A stretch of 64,000 nucleotides of DNA, taken from NCBI GenBank assembly GCA_965261735.1, contig OZ253470.1:4480001-4544000 (forward strand). The letters are read 5' to 3'. The position numbers and the translations under genes were made by a program. Positions within the stretch are counted from its first letter, which is position 1, and each line of letters begins with the position of its first letter. Below the pieces are notes generated by a model. It was not told the origin of the DNA. It did not search any database and saw only the letters and a program-made list of their open reading frames with translations. Shown one piece after another: positions 20,430 to 31,591 of this stretch. Origin of the DNA: Alphaproteobacteria bacterium. Its GTDB lineage: Bacteria > Pseudomonadota > Alphaproteobacteria > SHVV01.

Positions 20430-20662
20430 GTACGGTGCACGACTTCGACCAGCCCTGGAGGAGAGACACGATCCCCGCCCTCGAAATCGCCGACTGCATC
20501 AACGAAACCCGCCCCTGGTCGGGGAAGCCGGTGCAGCCGAACTCGCTGACCGAGTATAACGGCGAGGTCGTGGGGTTCTGCAATAGCGGGTACCGCGACA
20601 CGTTAGAGACGGGGCTCCGCCACTTCGAGAAGGCGAGGGCGTCTCGAAGGGCTCACGAATGA
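20430..20662 (+). pseudogene. C-terminal fragment with YHS/TRASH-like motif, Cys positions degenerate
   Basis: CINETRPWSGKPVQPNSLTEYNGEVVGFCNSGYRD. Confidence 0.4.
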
Positions 20663-21504
20663 CCTGCCGGTCAGCTGAGCGCGGCACGCGGCGGAGCTCG
20701 TCGCGGATCCTTGCCTTCTCGGTCATGCTCCCCGCCCTCACGTTCGCCGGCTCCGCATCCGCCGAGACCTGGCGCGGCCTCACCGTGACGCCCGAGCACC
20801 GCTGTTCGCCCTACGAGAGGAAGCGGGACTACCCCTATTCGCAGTCGGTGGAGCAGGACATCGTCCGGCAACTCGGGGTGATCTACGGTCCCTACACGGG
20901 GAAGTGCTTCTCCTCCACCACTGAGACCGACATCGAGCACATCGTCGCGACGAGCGAGGCACACGACTCGGGACTCTGCGCCGCGGATCGGGCCACACGA
21001 AAGCAGTTCGCCCAGGACCTTCGCAACCTCACGCTCGCCTCCCCGGAGGTGAACCGCCGGCAGAAGAGCGGCAACGACGCCGGTGAATGGGTCCCGGGCA
21101 GGAACCGGTGCTGGTTCGCCGGAAGGGTGCTCCAGGTGAAGCGCGCCTACGGGCTCACCGTGGATCGGCGAGAGGCCGCGGCGCTCGAACGCATCCTTCA
21201 GGGCTGCGCGAGCACCGCGATGGAGCCCATGGTGTGCCGGGCGGCGCCGACACCGGCAGGAGATACCGGACGGGGCGCTGGTGGGGACGACGTGCTCGCT
21301 CGCTACGACAACAACCGGAACGGCAGGATCACGTGCAAGGAGGCGCGCCGGCACGGGATCGCACCCGTCCACCGGTCGCACCCCGCGTACCGGTACATGC
21401 GCGATGGTGACGGGGACGGGGTCGTATGCGGCAGATCCCTCCTCAACGCGCGTTCGGGGGACTCCCGAACTCGCTGCTATTGGTTGGTTGCAAAAGGTAG
21501 CTAA
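20659..21504 (+). CDS. Secreted HNH-type (DUF1524-like) nuclease with C-terminal excalibur Ca-binding domain
   Basis: Signal peptide ending ASA-ETW, DIEHIVA..EAHDSG, NL...VN..KS, then ITCKEAR..GIAPV...HPAY..MRDGDGDGVVC. Confidence 0.82.
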   Translation: MTCRSAERGTRRSSSRILAFSVMLPALTFAGSASAETWRGLTVTPEHRCSPYERKRDYPYSQSVEQDIVRQLGVIYGPYTGKCFSSTTETDIEHIVATSEAHDSGLCAADRATRKQFAQDLRNLTLASPEVNRRQKSGNDAGEWVPGRNRCWFAGRVLQVKRAYGLTVDRREAAALERILQGCASTAMEPMVCRAAPTPAGDTGRGAGGDDVLARYDNNRNGRITCKEARRHGIAPVHRSHPAYRYMRDGDGDGVVCGRSLLNARSGDSRTRCYWLVAKGS

Positions 21505-24500
21505 CCGAACAGGCCTACGCCTGATGAATCCCCTCGCGCGCGGGTACCTTAATACGGCCGGATGCGAATTGCCTCGGGAGACACGGATGCGCGCGGATGC
21601 GCGCGTCAAATACTGGAACTGTTGCCCAGGCGCTTACGGCCACCGTCGTTCGAGCGCCGGAACACCGCGCTCGTACGTCGAGGATCAGGCGCGCGGCGAC
21701 CGGTGCTGGCCGTTACGCGAAGATACGTGACGCGAAGGATGCGAAGTGAGGTAATCAACGGGCGAGGTGCCCCTGTTTCGGTTGCGCCGGCGCAGCTCGA
21801 GGGCCTGGGGGCTTGGTACAGGAGAGTCGGGGGTATCCCACATGCAGTTTGTGCGGGGAGGTCCAGATGTTTCCGAGCGCCTGTTGCAGGCGCACGAAGA
21901 AGGCCGTGTCGTCTTCTTCTGTGGCGCTGGAATCTCCTATCCGGCTCGCTTGCCAGGATTTGCCGGGCTGGTGGACGAACTTTATTCCCGCTTGGAGATC
22001 ATCCCGGATCCGGTGCAAGCGGCAGCCATCAAATCCAAGCGTTATGACACGGCCGTGGGTTTGCTGGAGGCGAACTTCGTGGGAGGTCGCCAAGCCGTGC
22101 GCCAGAAGATCGCGGAGATCCTCGATCCGGACATTTCTGCCCCCATTGCGACTGCCACGCACGACGCACTGCTGACTCTGGCGGAATGCCGCGAGCGTCG
22201 CACCCGGCTGATCACGACCAACTTCGACCGGCTATTCGAGCATGTCATCGCGAACGGTCGACCTGCTGCGGAACGATTCGAAGCCCCGTTGCTGCCCGTC
22301 CCAAAGCAACGCTGGGATGGATTGGTGTACCTCCACGGCCTGCTTCCTGAAGACCCCGCCGACAACAACCTGGACAATCTGGTGGTCTCAAGCGGCGATT
22401 TCGGCCTTGCCTACCTCACGGAGCGTTGGGCGGCGCGCTTCGTCAGCGAGCTGCTTCGGAACTTCGTCGTGTGCTTTGTCGGCTATAGTATCGACGACCC
22501 CGTTTTGCGCTACATGATGGATGCCTTGGCGGCGGACCGTCTGCTCGGCGAATGGCCGCCCGAAATGTTTGCGTTCGGGAGCTTTTCCAAGCGCGAGGAG
22601 GAGGCGCGTGCGAACGAATGGCGCGCCAAGAACGTCACGCCCATCCTTTATCGGGAACATCGGCGTCACGCCTACCTGCACAGAACCCTCCGCACCTGGG
22701 CCGACACCTACCGCGATGGTGCACGTGGAAAGGAGCGGATCGTCGTCGAATACGCCATGGCGCGCCCGGACACGGCCACCAGTCAGGATGACTTTGTCAG
22801 CCGCATGTTATGGGCCCTGAGCGATTCAAAGGGCCTTCCCGCTATGCGGTTCGCGGACCTGAATCCGGTGCCTGGCCTCGATTGGCTCGAACCGCTCGGT
22901 GAGGACCGTTTCGGGCACGCCGACCTGGTCCGCTTCGGCGTTCCGCCCAAGGCGAGTGCGGACGAGAAACTCGCGTTCAGCCTGATTCGCAGACCCTCAC
23001 CCTACGACTTGGCTCCGCAGATGGCACTCGCGAATTGGGGTGCGCAGGAGGGCCGCCTTGACAGGGTGATGTGGCAGCTGACTCGCTGGTTGAACCGCCA
23101 TCTTGGCAACCCTGCGCTGCTCCTCTGGCTGGTCAAGCAAGGAGGGAAGCTACACGCAGAATTTGCGGACCGGATAGCCTATCGTTTGGATGAGCTGGCC
23201 CGGCTCGAGGATCGCGAATGCGGCGAGGAATTGGACCGCATCCGCAAGGATTCGCCTGACGCGATCCCAGACAAGCGGATGCGCACGCTTTGGGGCCTTG
23301 TGCTAGCTGATCGAGTGAAGAGGCTCGGACCAGACCTCGATCTTCATCGATGGCGGGGCCGCTTCGAGAGAGACGGCCTGACAACGACCTTGCGGCTGGA
23401 ACTGCGTGACTTGCTCAGCCCGCGCGTGTCATTGCGGGCGCCCTTCCGATGGCCCTTTGACGAGGATGAGGATTACGAAGAACAAGGGCGGATGCGACAG
23501 CTCGTTGACTGGGAGATCATGCTCTCGGCAAGCCACGTGCATGGGGATCTGCGCGAGCTGGCGGGTAACGAGAATTGGGCGACCGCCTTGCCGACGCTGC
23601 TCACTGAGTTCACCAGATTGCTTCAGGATGCGCTGGATCTCATGCACGAGCTTGGCGGGGCGGAGGACAAGAGCGATTTGTCATACGTGAGCCAACCATC
23701 AATCGGTGAGCACGCTCAGAATTCGTCTTTCCGAGATTGGACCGCCTTGATCGAGCTGAACCGTGACGCTTGGAGGGCCGCGGCTGCCGTGTCGCCAGAC
23801 CAGGCGCGACTCGTGGCGGGAGCCTGGTCGCTGCTACCCTACCCTCTGTTCCGCCGACTGGCATTTTTTGCAGCCGCGCAGCTCGACATCGTTCCTCGAA
23901 GTCAGGGACTCGGGTGGCTGCTGGCCGACGACAATTGGTGGCTTTGGTCGGTGGAGACCCAGCGAGAAACCATGCGGCTGCTGGTCGCCCTGGCTCCGGA
24001 ACTCGCTGAAGACGAGCTGGCCACACTCGAGGGTGCGATTCTCGCGGGTCCGCCCGCGACATGTACAGGCCCGATATCGAAGAAGAACGCTGGACGCGGA
24101 TGCAGGAAAGCAGTGTCTGGCTGCGGCTGGCCAAGGTCAGCCGGAGCGGGTCGGAACTGAGTGCCGCCGCCCGGGGCCGGCTGGACGAGATTTCGGCCAA
24201 GTACCCGGATTGGCGGCTGGCTGCGAATGAACGCGACGAGTTTCCGACCTGGACCGGCGACCCGGGAGAGTTGCGCGTTCACGTCGCCTCGCCCCGCGAC
24301 CAAAATGGACTAATCCAATGGCTGCGCGACAATCCCGAGCCGGACGATTGGCGGCCCGACGACTGGCACGAGCGCTGCCGCGACGATTTCGATGAGGCTG
24401 CGTCGGCACTGGCTGCATTGGCAGCGGACGGAACATGGCCGAGCGGTCGGTGGCGCGAAGCACTTCAGCGGTGGTCGGAGGACGAGCTGCGGGAACGCTC

Positions 24501-24744
24501 CTGGCGCGTAATGGCTCCGGTATTGGTCGATGTGCCGGGGGAGAAGCTGCAGGAGCTTTCCCATGGGGTGAGCTGGTGGTTGGAGAAGCAGGCCAGGACC
24601 TTCGAAGGACAAGAGGCGACTTTCTTCTCGTTGTGCGATCGCGTGCTGGCGCTCGACTACGAGGTCGAGGAGGAGGAGTGAGGTGGCCCCGGAAAATCGG
24701 ACAGGTTTTTAAGGTGTATTCCGCCGACTGAGGAGGGATACGCG

Positions 24745-25026
24745 ATGAGTAAGAGACGCAGGTTTTCCGGGGAGCTGAAGGCGAAGATCGCGCTTGAGGC
24801 GCTTCGTGGCGACCGGACGCTTCAGGAGATCGCCTCGCAGCACCAGGTTCATCCGAACCAAGTGAGCACATGGAAGCGGCAGGCGATCGATGGTCTTGGC
24901 GAAGTGTTTTCGAACGGGGGCGAGCGCCGCCGTCGGGACCATGAGAGCGAGATCCGTGATCTTCACGCGAAGATCGGCGAGTTGACGGTGGAGCGGGATT
25001 TTTTGTCTCGAGGGTCCGGTCGATGA
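24745..25026 (+). CDS. IS3 transposase OrfA
   Basis: RRRFSGELKAKIALEAL, HQVHPNQVSTWK, KIGELTVERDFL. Confidence 0.9.
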   Translation: MSKRRRFSGELKAKIALEALRGDRTLQEIASQHQVHPNQVSTWKRQAIDGLGEVFSNGGERRRRDHESEIRDLHAKIGELTVERDFLSRGSGR

Positions 25027-25569
25027 GCCGGGCCGAGAGGCGAACGATGGTGATACGCGCTCACCCGGCGCTGAGCTTGAGCCGTCAATGCCGTTTGCTG
25101 TCGATCGGACGCTCCTCGCTCTATTACACGCCCAAGGGCGAGAGCCCGGAGACCCTGGCGCTGATGCGGCGCATTGATGAGTTGTTCCTGAAGTATCCGT
25201 TCTACGGCGCCCGTCAGATGGTCCGTCATCTACGCCGCGAGGGCGTGCGCGTCGGTCGTCGCCGGGCCGGTCGTCTGATGCGCCTGATGGGGCTTCAGGC
25301 GATCTATCGGGCGCCGCGCACCAGCGATCCGCATCCCGAGCACCGGGTCTACCCCTATCTGCTCAGAGGCTTGACGATCGAGCGGGCGAACCATGTCTGG
25401 TGCGCCGACATCACCTACATCCCGGTGCGGCGCGGCTTTCTTTACCTGGTGGCGATCATGGTGTCAATTGCGACTGAAAATTTCCCACTTTTGTCGATCG
25501 AAATATTTCTCACTTTGAGCGTTCGGTCGTACCCCCAGACGCGGTGTTTGGGGTGTCGGACTTGGTCGA

Positions 25570-25637
25570 GCTGTAGGTAACCGGGTTGGCGCAGCGACCG
25601 CCAAGAGTCTGGCGGCGACAACCCGGTTATCCACAGC
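25570..25637. repeat. Branched hairpin with DnaA box inside IS21
   Basis: GCTGTAGG..CCGGGTTG..CGCCA-agagtc-TGGCG..CAACCCGG-TTATCCACAGC; homologous to 45819-45886. Confidence 0.7.
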
Positions 25638-25677
25638 GGGCGGGTGTCACCGCTCCTGTCTCCGTTTGAGCCGGCGA

Positions 25678-26475
25678 TCACGCGGCGGCTCTTTTCCTGC
25701 GTCGATCCGAGCCGGACTGCAGCAGGTTCTGATGCTCCTTCATCCGGTAGCTGTTGCCCCGGATGTTGACGATGTGGCAGTGGTGCACAAGGCGGTCGAT
25801 GAGAGCCGCCGCCATGACCTCGTCGCCGAGCACGCCACCCCAGTCCTCGAAACCCTTGTTCGACGTCAGCACAGTCGACGCCCTCTCGTGCCGGGCGTTG
25901 ATGAGCTGGAAGAAGAGCACGGCGCCGTCCTGGTTGACCGGCAGGTAGCCGATCTCGTCGACCACCAGCAGGGCCGGATGGGTGAGCACGCGCAGCCGCC
26001 GGGTCAGATTGCCGGCGGCCTTGGCCTCGGTGAGGGACTCGATCAGCGCCGCGAGCGTGCCGTAGTAGACGCGCCGGCCGGCCTCGGCCGCCGCGATCGC
26101 GAGGCTGATCGCCAAGTGCGTTTTCCCGACGCCTGGTGGGCCGAGCAGGATCACGTTCTCGCCGCGGTCCAGGAAGCCGAGCTCGTGCAAGCTCTCGATC
26201 TGCTCGCGCTTGATGCTGGGCTGGAAGGCGAAGTCGAACTGATCGAGCGTCTTCACAGCCGGCAGCCGCGAAGAGCGCATGGCGGTCTGGAGACGGCGGT
26301 TGTTGCGCAGCACGATCTGGGCGTTCAGCAACTGCTCGATGGCCTCGGCCGCCGAGATCGTGCCGCCGTCGGCGTCCGAGAGGATGCCGTCGACGGCCTC
26401 CAGCGCGCCCGGCATCTTGAGGTCCGCCAGCATTGCCCGCAGCCGGTCGCGCCGGGCCGGCGCCGGAGCGTTCAT
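25678..26475 (-). CDS. istB: IS21 helper ATPase IstB
   Basis: FDFAFQP, GPPGVGKTHLA, LLVVDEIGY, AALIDRLVHH..G.SYR. Confidence 0.95.
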   Translation of the reverse strand: MNAPAPARRDRLRAMLADLKMPGALEAVDGILSDADGGTISAAEAIEQLLNAQIVLRNNRRLQTAMRSSRLPAVKTLDQFDFAFQPSIKREQIESLHELGFLDRGENVILLGPPGVGKTHLAISLAIAAAEAGRRVYYGTLAALIESLTEAKAAGNLTRRLRVLTHPALLVVDEIGYLPVNQDGAVLFFQLINARHERASTVLTSNKGFEDWGGVLGDEVMAAALIDRLVHHCHIVNIRGNSYRMKEHQNLLQSGSDRRRKRAAA

Positions 26476-27494
26476 TGCAGCGCCTCCGCATAGACACTAA
26501 GCGGTCGCTGCTCGACCTTCACGGTTGCCGGCAGTCGCCGCGGCGCGGGCTCCGGAGCATGCCGGACGCCGAGACGTCGATAGGGATGGTTCGCCAAGGG
26601 GAGAAGCACCGCTCGCTCGTCGCGCTCGAAGCGGTCGACAGGACGCTCCCCGGTCGTGGCATGCCGGCGGACGTTGGCTGTGCCCTCCAGCCAGCGCACG
26701 GCCTGCTCGTTGAGATCGTTGTCATTCGCAAACGAGCGGCCGTAGAAGAAGCTCTCGCGGATGTAGCGGATCGGGCGCTCCACTTTGCCCTTGGTCTGGG
26801 CCCGATAGGGTCGGCACGAGCGCGGCATGAACCCCCAGTGCGCGGCGAACCGCAGAAACTCCTCGTTCAGCACCAGGCCGCCGCCGGCCCCGCGGTCGTC
26901 GGACAGCACCACGGCGCGCATCTGGTCGAACAGCAGCTCCTCCGGAACCCCGCCGAACCGGTCGAAGGCGCTCTCCAGACCTTCCATCAGGACCGGCATG
27001 GTCTGCCGAGTATAGAAGTGCAGCCACAGCAGCCGGGAGTAGCCGAGGACGATCACCAGGGCATGGCGCCGGCCCCAGGGCAGCGTGAACGTACCGAAGT
27101 CCACCTGGCCCTGACGCCCCGCCGGCGTCTCGAACCGGACCAGCGATTCAACCGGTTCGCGCGGTCGCGTCGCCCGCACGTAGTCGTTCACGCGAGAGTA
27201 GCAGCCCGGGTAGTCCGCAGCGCGGACCTCATCGAAAAGCCGCTTCGCCGACAGCTTCGGGAACGCCTCAAGACGGGCGTCGATGATCGCCTTGTAGGGG
27301 TCCAGCTTGTGGGCCACCGGCGGACGGGGCGAATACCCTCGCGCACCGGCCGCCAGATCCCGGTCCAGTTGGCCGGTATCGACCCAATTGTGGATCGTCC
27401 GACGGTTCACCCCGAACCGCCTCGACAGCTCCGCCTTCGAGACACCCCGGTCCAGATAGTGCTTCAACAACATCCTGGTCTCCCATTTGTACAT
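26472..27494 (-). CDS. istA: IS21 transposase IstA
   Basis: RFETPAGRQGQVDFG, FGGVPEELLFDQM, CRPYRAQTKGKVER. Confidence 0.95.
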   Translation of the reverse strand: MYKWETRMLLKHYLDRGVSKAELSRRFGVNRRTIHNWVDTGQLDRDLAAGARGYSPRPPVAHKLDPYKAIIDARLEAFPKLSAKRLFDEVRAADYPGCYSRVNDYVRATRPREPVESLVRFETPAGRQGQVDFGTFTLPWGRRHALVIVLGYSRLLWLHFYTRQTMPVLMEGLESAFDRFGGVPEELLFDQMRAVVLSDDRGAGGGLVLNEEFLRFAAHWGFMPRSCRPYRAQTKGKVERPIRYIRESFFYGRSFANDNDLNEQAVRWLEGTANVRRHATTGERPVDRFERDERAVLLPLANHPYRRLGVRHAPEPAPRRLPATVKVEQRPLSVYAEALQ

Positions 27495-29514
27495 CCGCGC
27501 ACCGATCCCGCTCTGTTGGCAAAGCCAACAGAGCGGCCCGGGACGCCTTCAGCGACAAGCCCAAAGTGAGAAATTTTGGGTCGTTACAAATGGGAAATTT
27601 ACGGTCGCTACCAACACATGGACTGGGCCAACCGGCATGTGCTGGCTTGGCGTCTGTCGAACACCCTGGATGCGGGCTTCTGCACAGACGCGCTCGACGA
27701 GGCGCTGGCCCGCCATGGCACGCCGGAGATCTTCAATACCGACCAGGGCAGCCAGTTCACCGGCTTCGCCTTCACCGGGCGCTTGCGGGAGACCGGCATC
27801 CGGATCTCGATGGACGGCAGGGGCCGGTGCCTGGACAACATCTTCATTGAGCGGCTGTGGCGCTCGCTCAAATACGAGGCCGTCTATCTGCGCGAGCTCG
27901 CCGACGGCTTCGAGGCCCGGCGCGTCATCGGCGAGTGGATCGACTTCTACAACACCGAGAGGCCGCACTCGGCGCTCGGGGGGGAAACGCCGGCCGAGGC
28001 CTACCGCGGCGCCCCGCCTGTGGATATGATGGACAAGCCGCTACGCGCCTTGCCCACATCCCCACAGGCGCAACAACAACGGCAAGGAGATCGATGCAAA
28101 GGGATTCTGGCGGCATGAACGACAACTGGAATACACCTTAATCAAGCCGCCAAGCTGTCCGACAAACCGAGGCCACCTCAGAGGACGATTTCGTCGGCCG
28201 TGCGATCAACCATCCCGTGGGACATGTTACGGAGGGGCTGATTCACTGGTGGTACCGAAGCGACCTTGAGGACCGACGAGGTCTGGCAGACGAGCCAAGG
28301 CGCGTGTTTACCCAGCTCTGTGACACGGGGGTTCCGAAGTTCCGCCATAGCCGCGTGTTGCTGGCAACTCACGCGATTTCGTTGTTCCGAGTAGACCGCG
28401 AATGGACGGTCCGATTCTTGCTTCCACTCTTCGAGTGGGAAAACTCCGAGGTGGAAGCACGCTCGGCATGGGAAGGGTTCCTTTGGTCGCCGAGGCTCTA
28501 TCCACCCTTGATGGAGTTGCTCAAGCCGGCGTTCCTGAATACGGCAAACCACTACGGTCAGCTTGGCCGACACCGTGAACAGTACGCGTCATTGCTGACG
28601 TTCGCCGGGCTCGATCCAGGAGACATCCTCGGAAAGCGCGAATTGGCACTCGCCATGCGAGCGCTGCCCCAGGACGCGCTTGACCATGCGGCTGAGACAT
28701 TCTTCCGCGCCGTCGACAGTGCCGGCGATCAGAGAGCCGACTACTGGAGGAACAGGGGGGCGCCCTACGTGAGGGCGATCTGGCCAAACACGCCTGATGC
28801 TATTTCTGAATCGGTTTCGGAGAGCTTCGCCGAAGCGTGCATTGCGGCGGGGGATGGGTTTCCCGAGGCATTAGCACAAGTCTCGTCTTGGCTGCGGCCG
28901 CTGCAGTACCCGGATCGAATTGCGCATTCCGTTCATAAAGCGCAATTGGATGCGCGGCTACCGGAGTCAGCACTGGAGCTTCTGAACCGAGTCGTTGGCG
29001 ACGCGGCTCGAGGGTACTTCCCCGATCTGGCAAGGTGCCTAAGTGCCGTACGGGCCGCCCAGCCTGACCTCGAACATGACGATCGTTTTCAGAGACTGCT
29101 GGAAATCGTGCGAGCGAATGGCGGGGATCTGGACTGAACGGTTTCCGCATTGCGGACCGATCCCTGCTGACGCTGCCAAACCCGGCACAATCTGCCCGTT
29201 GCGGTTTGCGGCGGCTGCGCCCCCTCTGAACGAACTGCGCCGGACTCCGGGACGACGCCGATCGGGACCGCCTCGTGAACCGGGGCGCCCGAAATGCTGT
29301 GGGAATCCCGGGCATTCGAACAAGCGGCGCCTGCAGGCGGCAGACAGCTGGCATTGGGGCGCTCACGATCGAGCGACGCTGGTGGCACTTCACGAACCCG
29401 TTCCGCGAGGGTTGCGGCTTCGCAGCGCGAGTCGAAGCGCCGCCACGAGACGTCGCCGACCGCAATTCGGTCCTGTCGCTCGACCACGTCGACCGTGGCA
29501 TCCGATACGTCCCG

Positions 29515-29770
29515 GCCGCGGGATAGCCAAAGGGGAAATCAAATCCGACAAGCACACGCCGGCCTGCGTCGAGTTCGTCCGCGATCAAGCGGACGAGGCA
29601 CCGCAGAGCGTCGTCGCGGGTACGCGCATACTTGGGTTTGAGTACCCGACGCGCTGCCGCCGTCGACGCGGGCGACAGCCCACCAAATTGCGTCCTTGGT
29701 GGGCTTCGCAGGACTCGGCTTAGACCGCGCCGACCAGTCGACGATGATGTGGGTGTCGAAGAGAGGTCGC
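29515..29770 (-). pseudogene. RNase H-like (DUF429-type) protein N-terminal fragment, frameshifted
   Basis: FDTHIIVDWSARSKPSP..KDAIW in one frame, GRRVLVGFDFPFGYP in another. Confidence 0.5.
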
Positions 29771-30269
29771 CCCTTCGTACTCAGGCTTCTCCAGTTCGCC
29801 CTGGGCTTCGTCCTTGACCGCCGCCGCTGGAAACATGACCGCCCCATGTCCCGCGCCGCCTTCGAGGCGCGCTTTCCCGATGATTTTTCCGGATTGCTCT
29901 CAGAATATCAATTCGTTCTTGAATAGAACAGCCTGATACCCGGCGCGGGGTAGCTCCCCGAGCCAACGGCCCGGCCGCTGCAGACTTTGCTGGGTTTCCT
30001 CCAGCTTTTCCGCAGATAGGACAGAGGCTCACCATGTGATCCGCTCGCTCTCCGGAACCTTGACGCCGAGCGCGATCCGCCTTTCGCTTGGCCAGCCGTA
30101 CACCCCAATCATGTACTCGTAGACACCCTTGCCAACCCGCTTGGATGGGCTGGGTCCGGGGCCTAGCGCCTTGACCATGCGCACGAAGCTGTCGCCCATC
30201 TGGCGGCGCGGCTTCTGCTTGTGCCGTCTGTGACCATCAAAAGGGCAACCGAAAAGCCGTCCTCGCTGG

Positions 30270-30879
30270 CCTTTCACGGCATGGGCGGCCCATCCAATAC
30301 GCGCACGTTCCGGCACCGCTGGCCTTGTGGGATGTCTGGACGAGCCTAGCCGCCAACCCGGTTGCGTTCGAGCCGCCATCAGCCGGATTTGCCCTCGACT
30401 GGCGTATGGTAGCGGCATGGCGACGGCGCGGCATCAACCTTGCCACGCTCACGCATGCGGCCGGAATCTCGTCGACCGGAGATCCGATGCTCGACCTGCG
30501 GCTGCCTTTCGACGAACCGTATGTCATTTCAGAGAGGACAGCAGCGGTCATCAACCAGGCGAAGGCTGACGGTGCGCGCATCATCGCGATCGGCACCACA
30601 GTGGTGCGCGCGCTTGAGTCCGCGGCGAATGCCGACGGCCTCGTGCGGGCTGGGGACGGGTTTGCGCGTAACCGCATCGGGTGCGAGACCCGGCTGTGCC
30701 TCGTCGGTGCAATCCTCACCGGCATACACCAGCCTGGCGAGAGCCACTTCGAGCTCCTACGGGCCTTCGCCGACGAGCCGATGTTGAACCGGATCACAGC
30801 GGCCGCAGTTGATCGCGGCTACCGTGCGCACGAGTTTGGTGACTCCATGCTGATCGAACGCCCCTGCCCGAAAGGCTAG
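30270..30879 (+). pseudogene. QueA-like SAM:tRNA ribosyltransferase-isomerase, C-terminal half
   Basis: GRPIQYAHV, EPPSAG, RIIAIGTTVVRALES, YRAHEFGDSMLI; N-terminus missing. Confidence 0.75.
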
Positions 30880-30914
30880 CTGAGGAATGGACTGACCCCC
30901 GAAGCTTGTCGATG

Positions 30915-31094
30915 GTCCGCTTGTGGCTAAGAGGCGAAGTCCGGACCAAGCCACTGGTAGGACCGATCTACCCGTGAAAGCCGACCTTCGAGCGGCAACG
31001 TCTGCTTTTCAACCCGTTCCTTCCGCTTCACCCCAAGGAGCGGACCTGACTGGCGGTGCCGACATAGGCCCGGTTTTGACCCAAAGCCGAGATT
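30915..31094. repeat. REP-like hairpin array (GTCCGC...GCGGAC type)
   Basis: Units at about 30915, 30961, 30990, 31021 and 31068; colinear with 45636-45764. Confidence 0.6.
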
Positions 31095-31104
31095 GGAGGA
31101 AGCC

Positions 31105-31482
31105 CAAAACTTAGCGACTTGCGCGGTGGCACATGAGGCCTTGGGATCGATCATGGGGGGTGGCGAGAAAACGCTAATCAGCGGCGCTTTACCGTCATAG
31201 CTTTCGATGTCCACCAGCGCCGTCAGCGCGCTCGGGCCCTGCGCGAGTTTTGAAGTCCCCTTGTCTAGGGTGAGGACATTGGCGTTGCCGTGACGCTCAA
31301 GACTGCCCATCGTGCCGAGTTCGACCGGATCATACCAAGCTTCGTTCGAAAGTTGGACGACGCCCGGGCACACGCCCTCTGTCACCACCGCGCCCGCGGG
31401 ACAGGCGTCTCGATCGTTGAAGACACGCACGATGTCTCCGTCATGGATATGGCGCAGTGCGGCATCGGCGGGGTTGATCCAT
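31105..31482 (-). pseudogene. Duplicated 3' end of the molybdopterin oxidoreductase
   Basis: Colinear with 38853-39230 (RVFNDR...HGNANVLTLDKGTSKLAQGPSA); TGA stop has become TGT. Confidence 0.85.
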
Positions 31483-31591
31483 CGTCGACATAGCAGTTAA
31501 AAAAAGGCGGGAGGCGAGCGAACATCGGGCCTTCCATGTTTGCTTCAGTCAATCTACATCGCCTCGCGCCGGCACGCGATCAAGCGCTTCG

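Larger units (their letters stand above)
25462..27616 (-). mobile_element. IS21-family element, intact
   Basis: Ends TGTCAATTGCGACTGAAAATTTCCCA and TGGGAAATTTACGGTCGCTACCAACA; CATGG TSD at 25457-25461 and 27617-27621. Confidence 0.93.
25023..28118 (+). pseudogene. IS3 transposase OrfB split by IS21 (25023-25461 and 27622-28118)
   Basis: WCADITYI..YLVAIM joins DWANRHVLAW; NTDQGSQF and DNIFIERLWRSLKYE complete the DDE motif. Confidence 0.9.
24679..28180 (+). mobile_element. IS3-family element interrupted by IS21
   Basis: IRs TGAGGTGGCCCCGGAAAATCGGACAG and CTGTCCGACAAACCGAGGCCACCTCA; GAG TSD at 24676-24678 and 28181-28183. Confidence 0.93.
21842..29137 (+). pseudogene. dsr1: Defence-associated sirtuin Dsr1-like SIR2 protein in three pieces (21842-24056, 24057-24678, 28184-29137)
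   Basis: MQFVRGGPDV.ERLLQAHEEGRVVFFCGAGIS, ITTNFD, YLHG, FVGYSIDDP; -1 frameshift at about 24055; IS3 removal restores EEEE-DDFVGRAINHPVGHV; about 1260 aa rebuilt. Confidence 0.85.

Noticed and set aside
29790-29890. IS1595 start fragment MSRAAFEARFPDD
   Set aside because: Too short to call with confidence
30915-31094. CRISPR-like repeat-spacer array
   Set aside because: Units are degenerate and irregularly spaced; they fit REP-like repeats better
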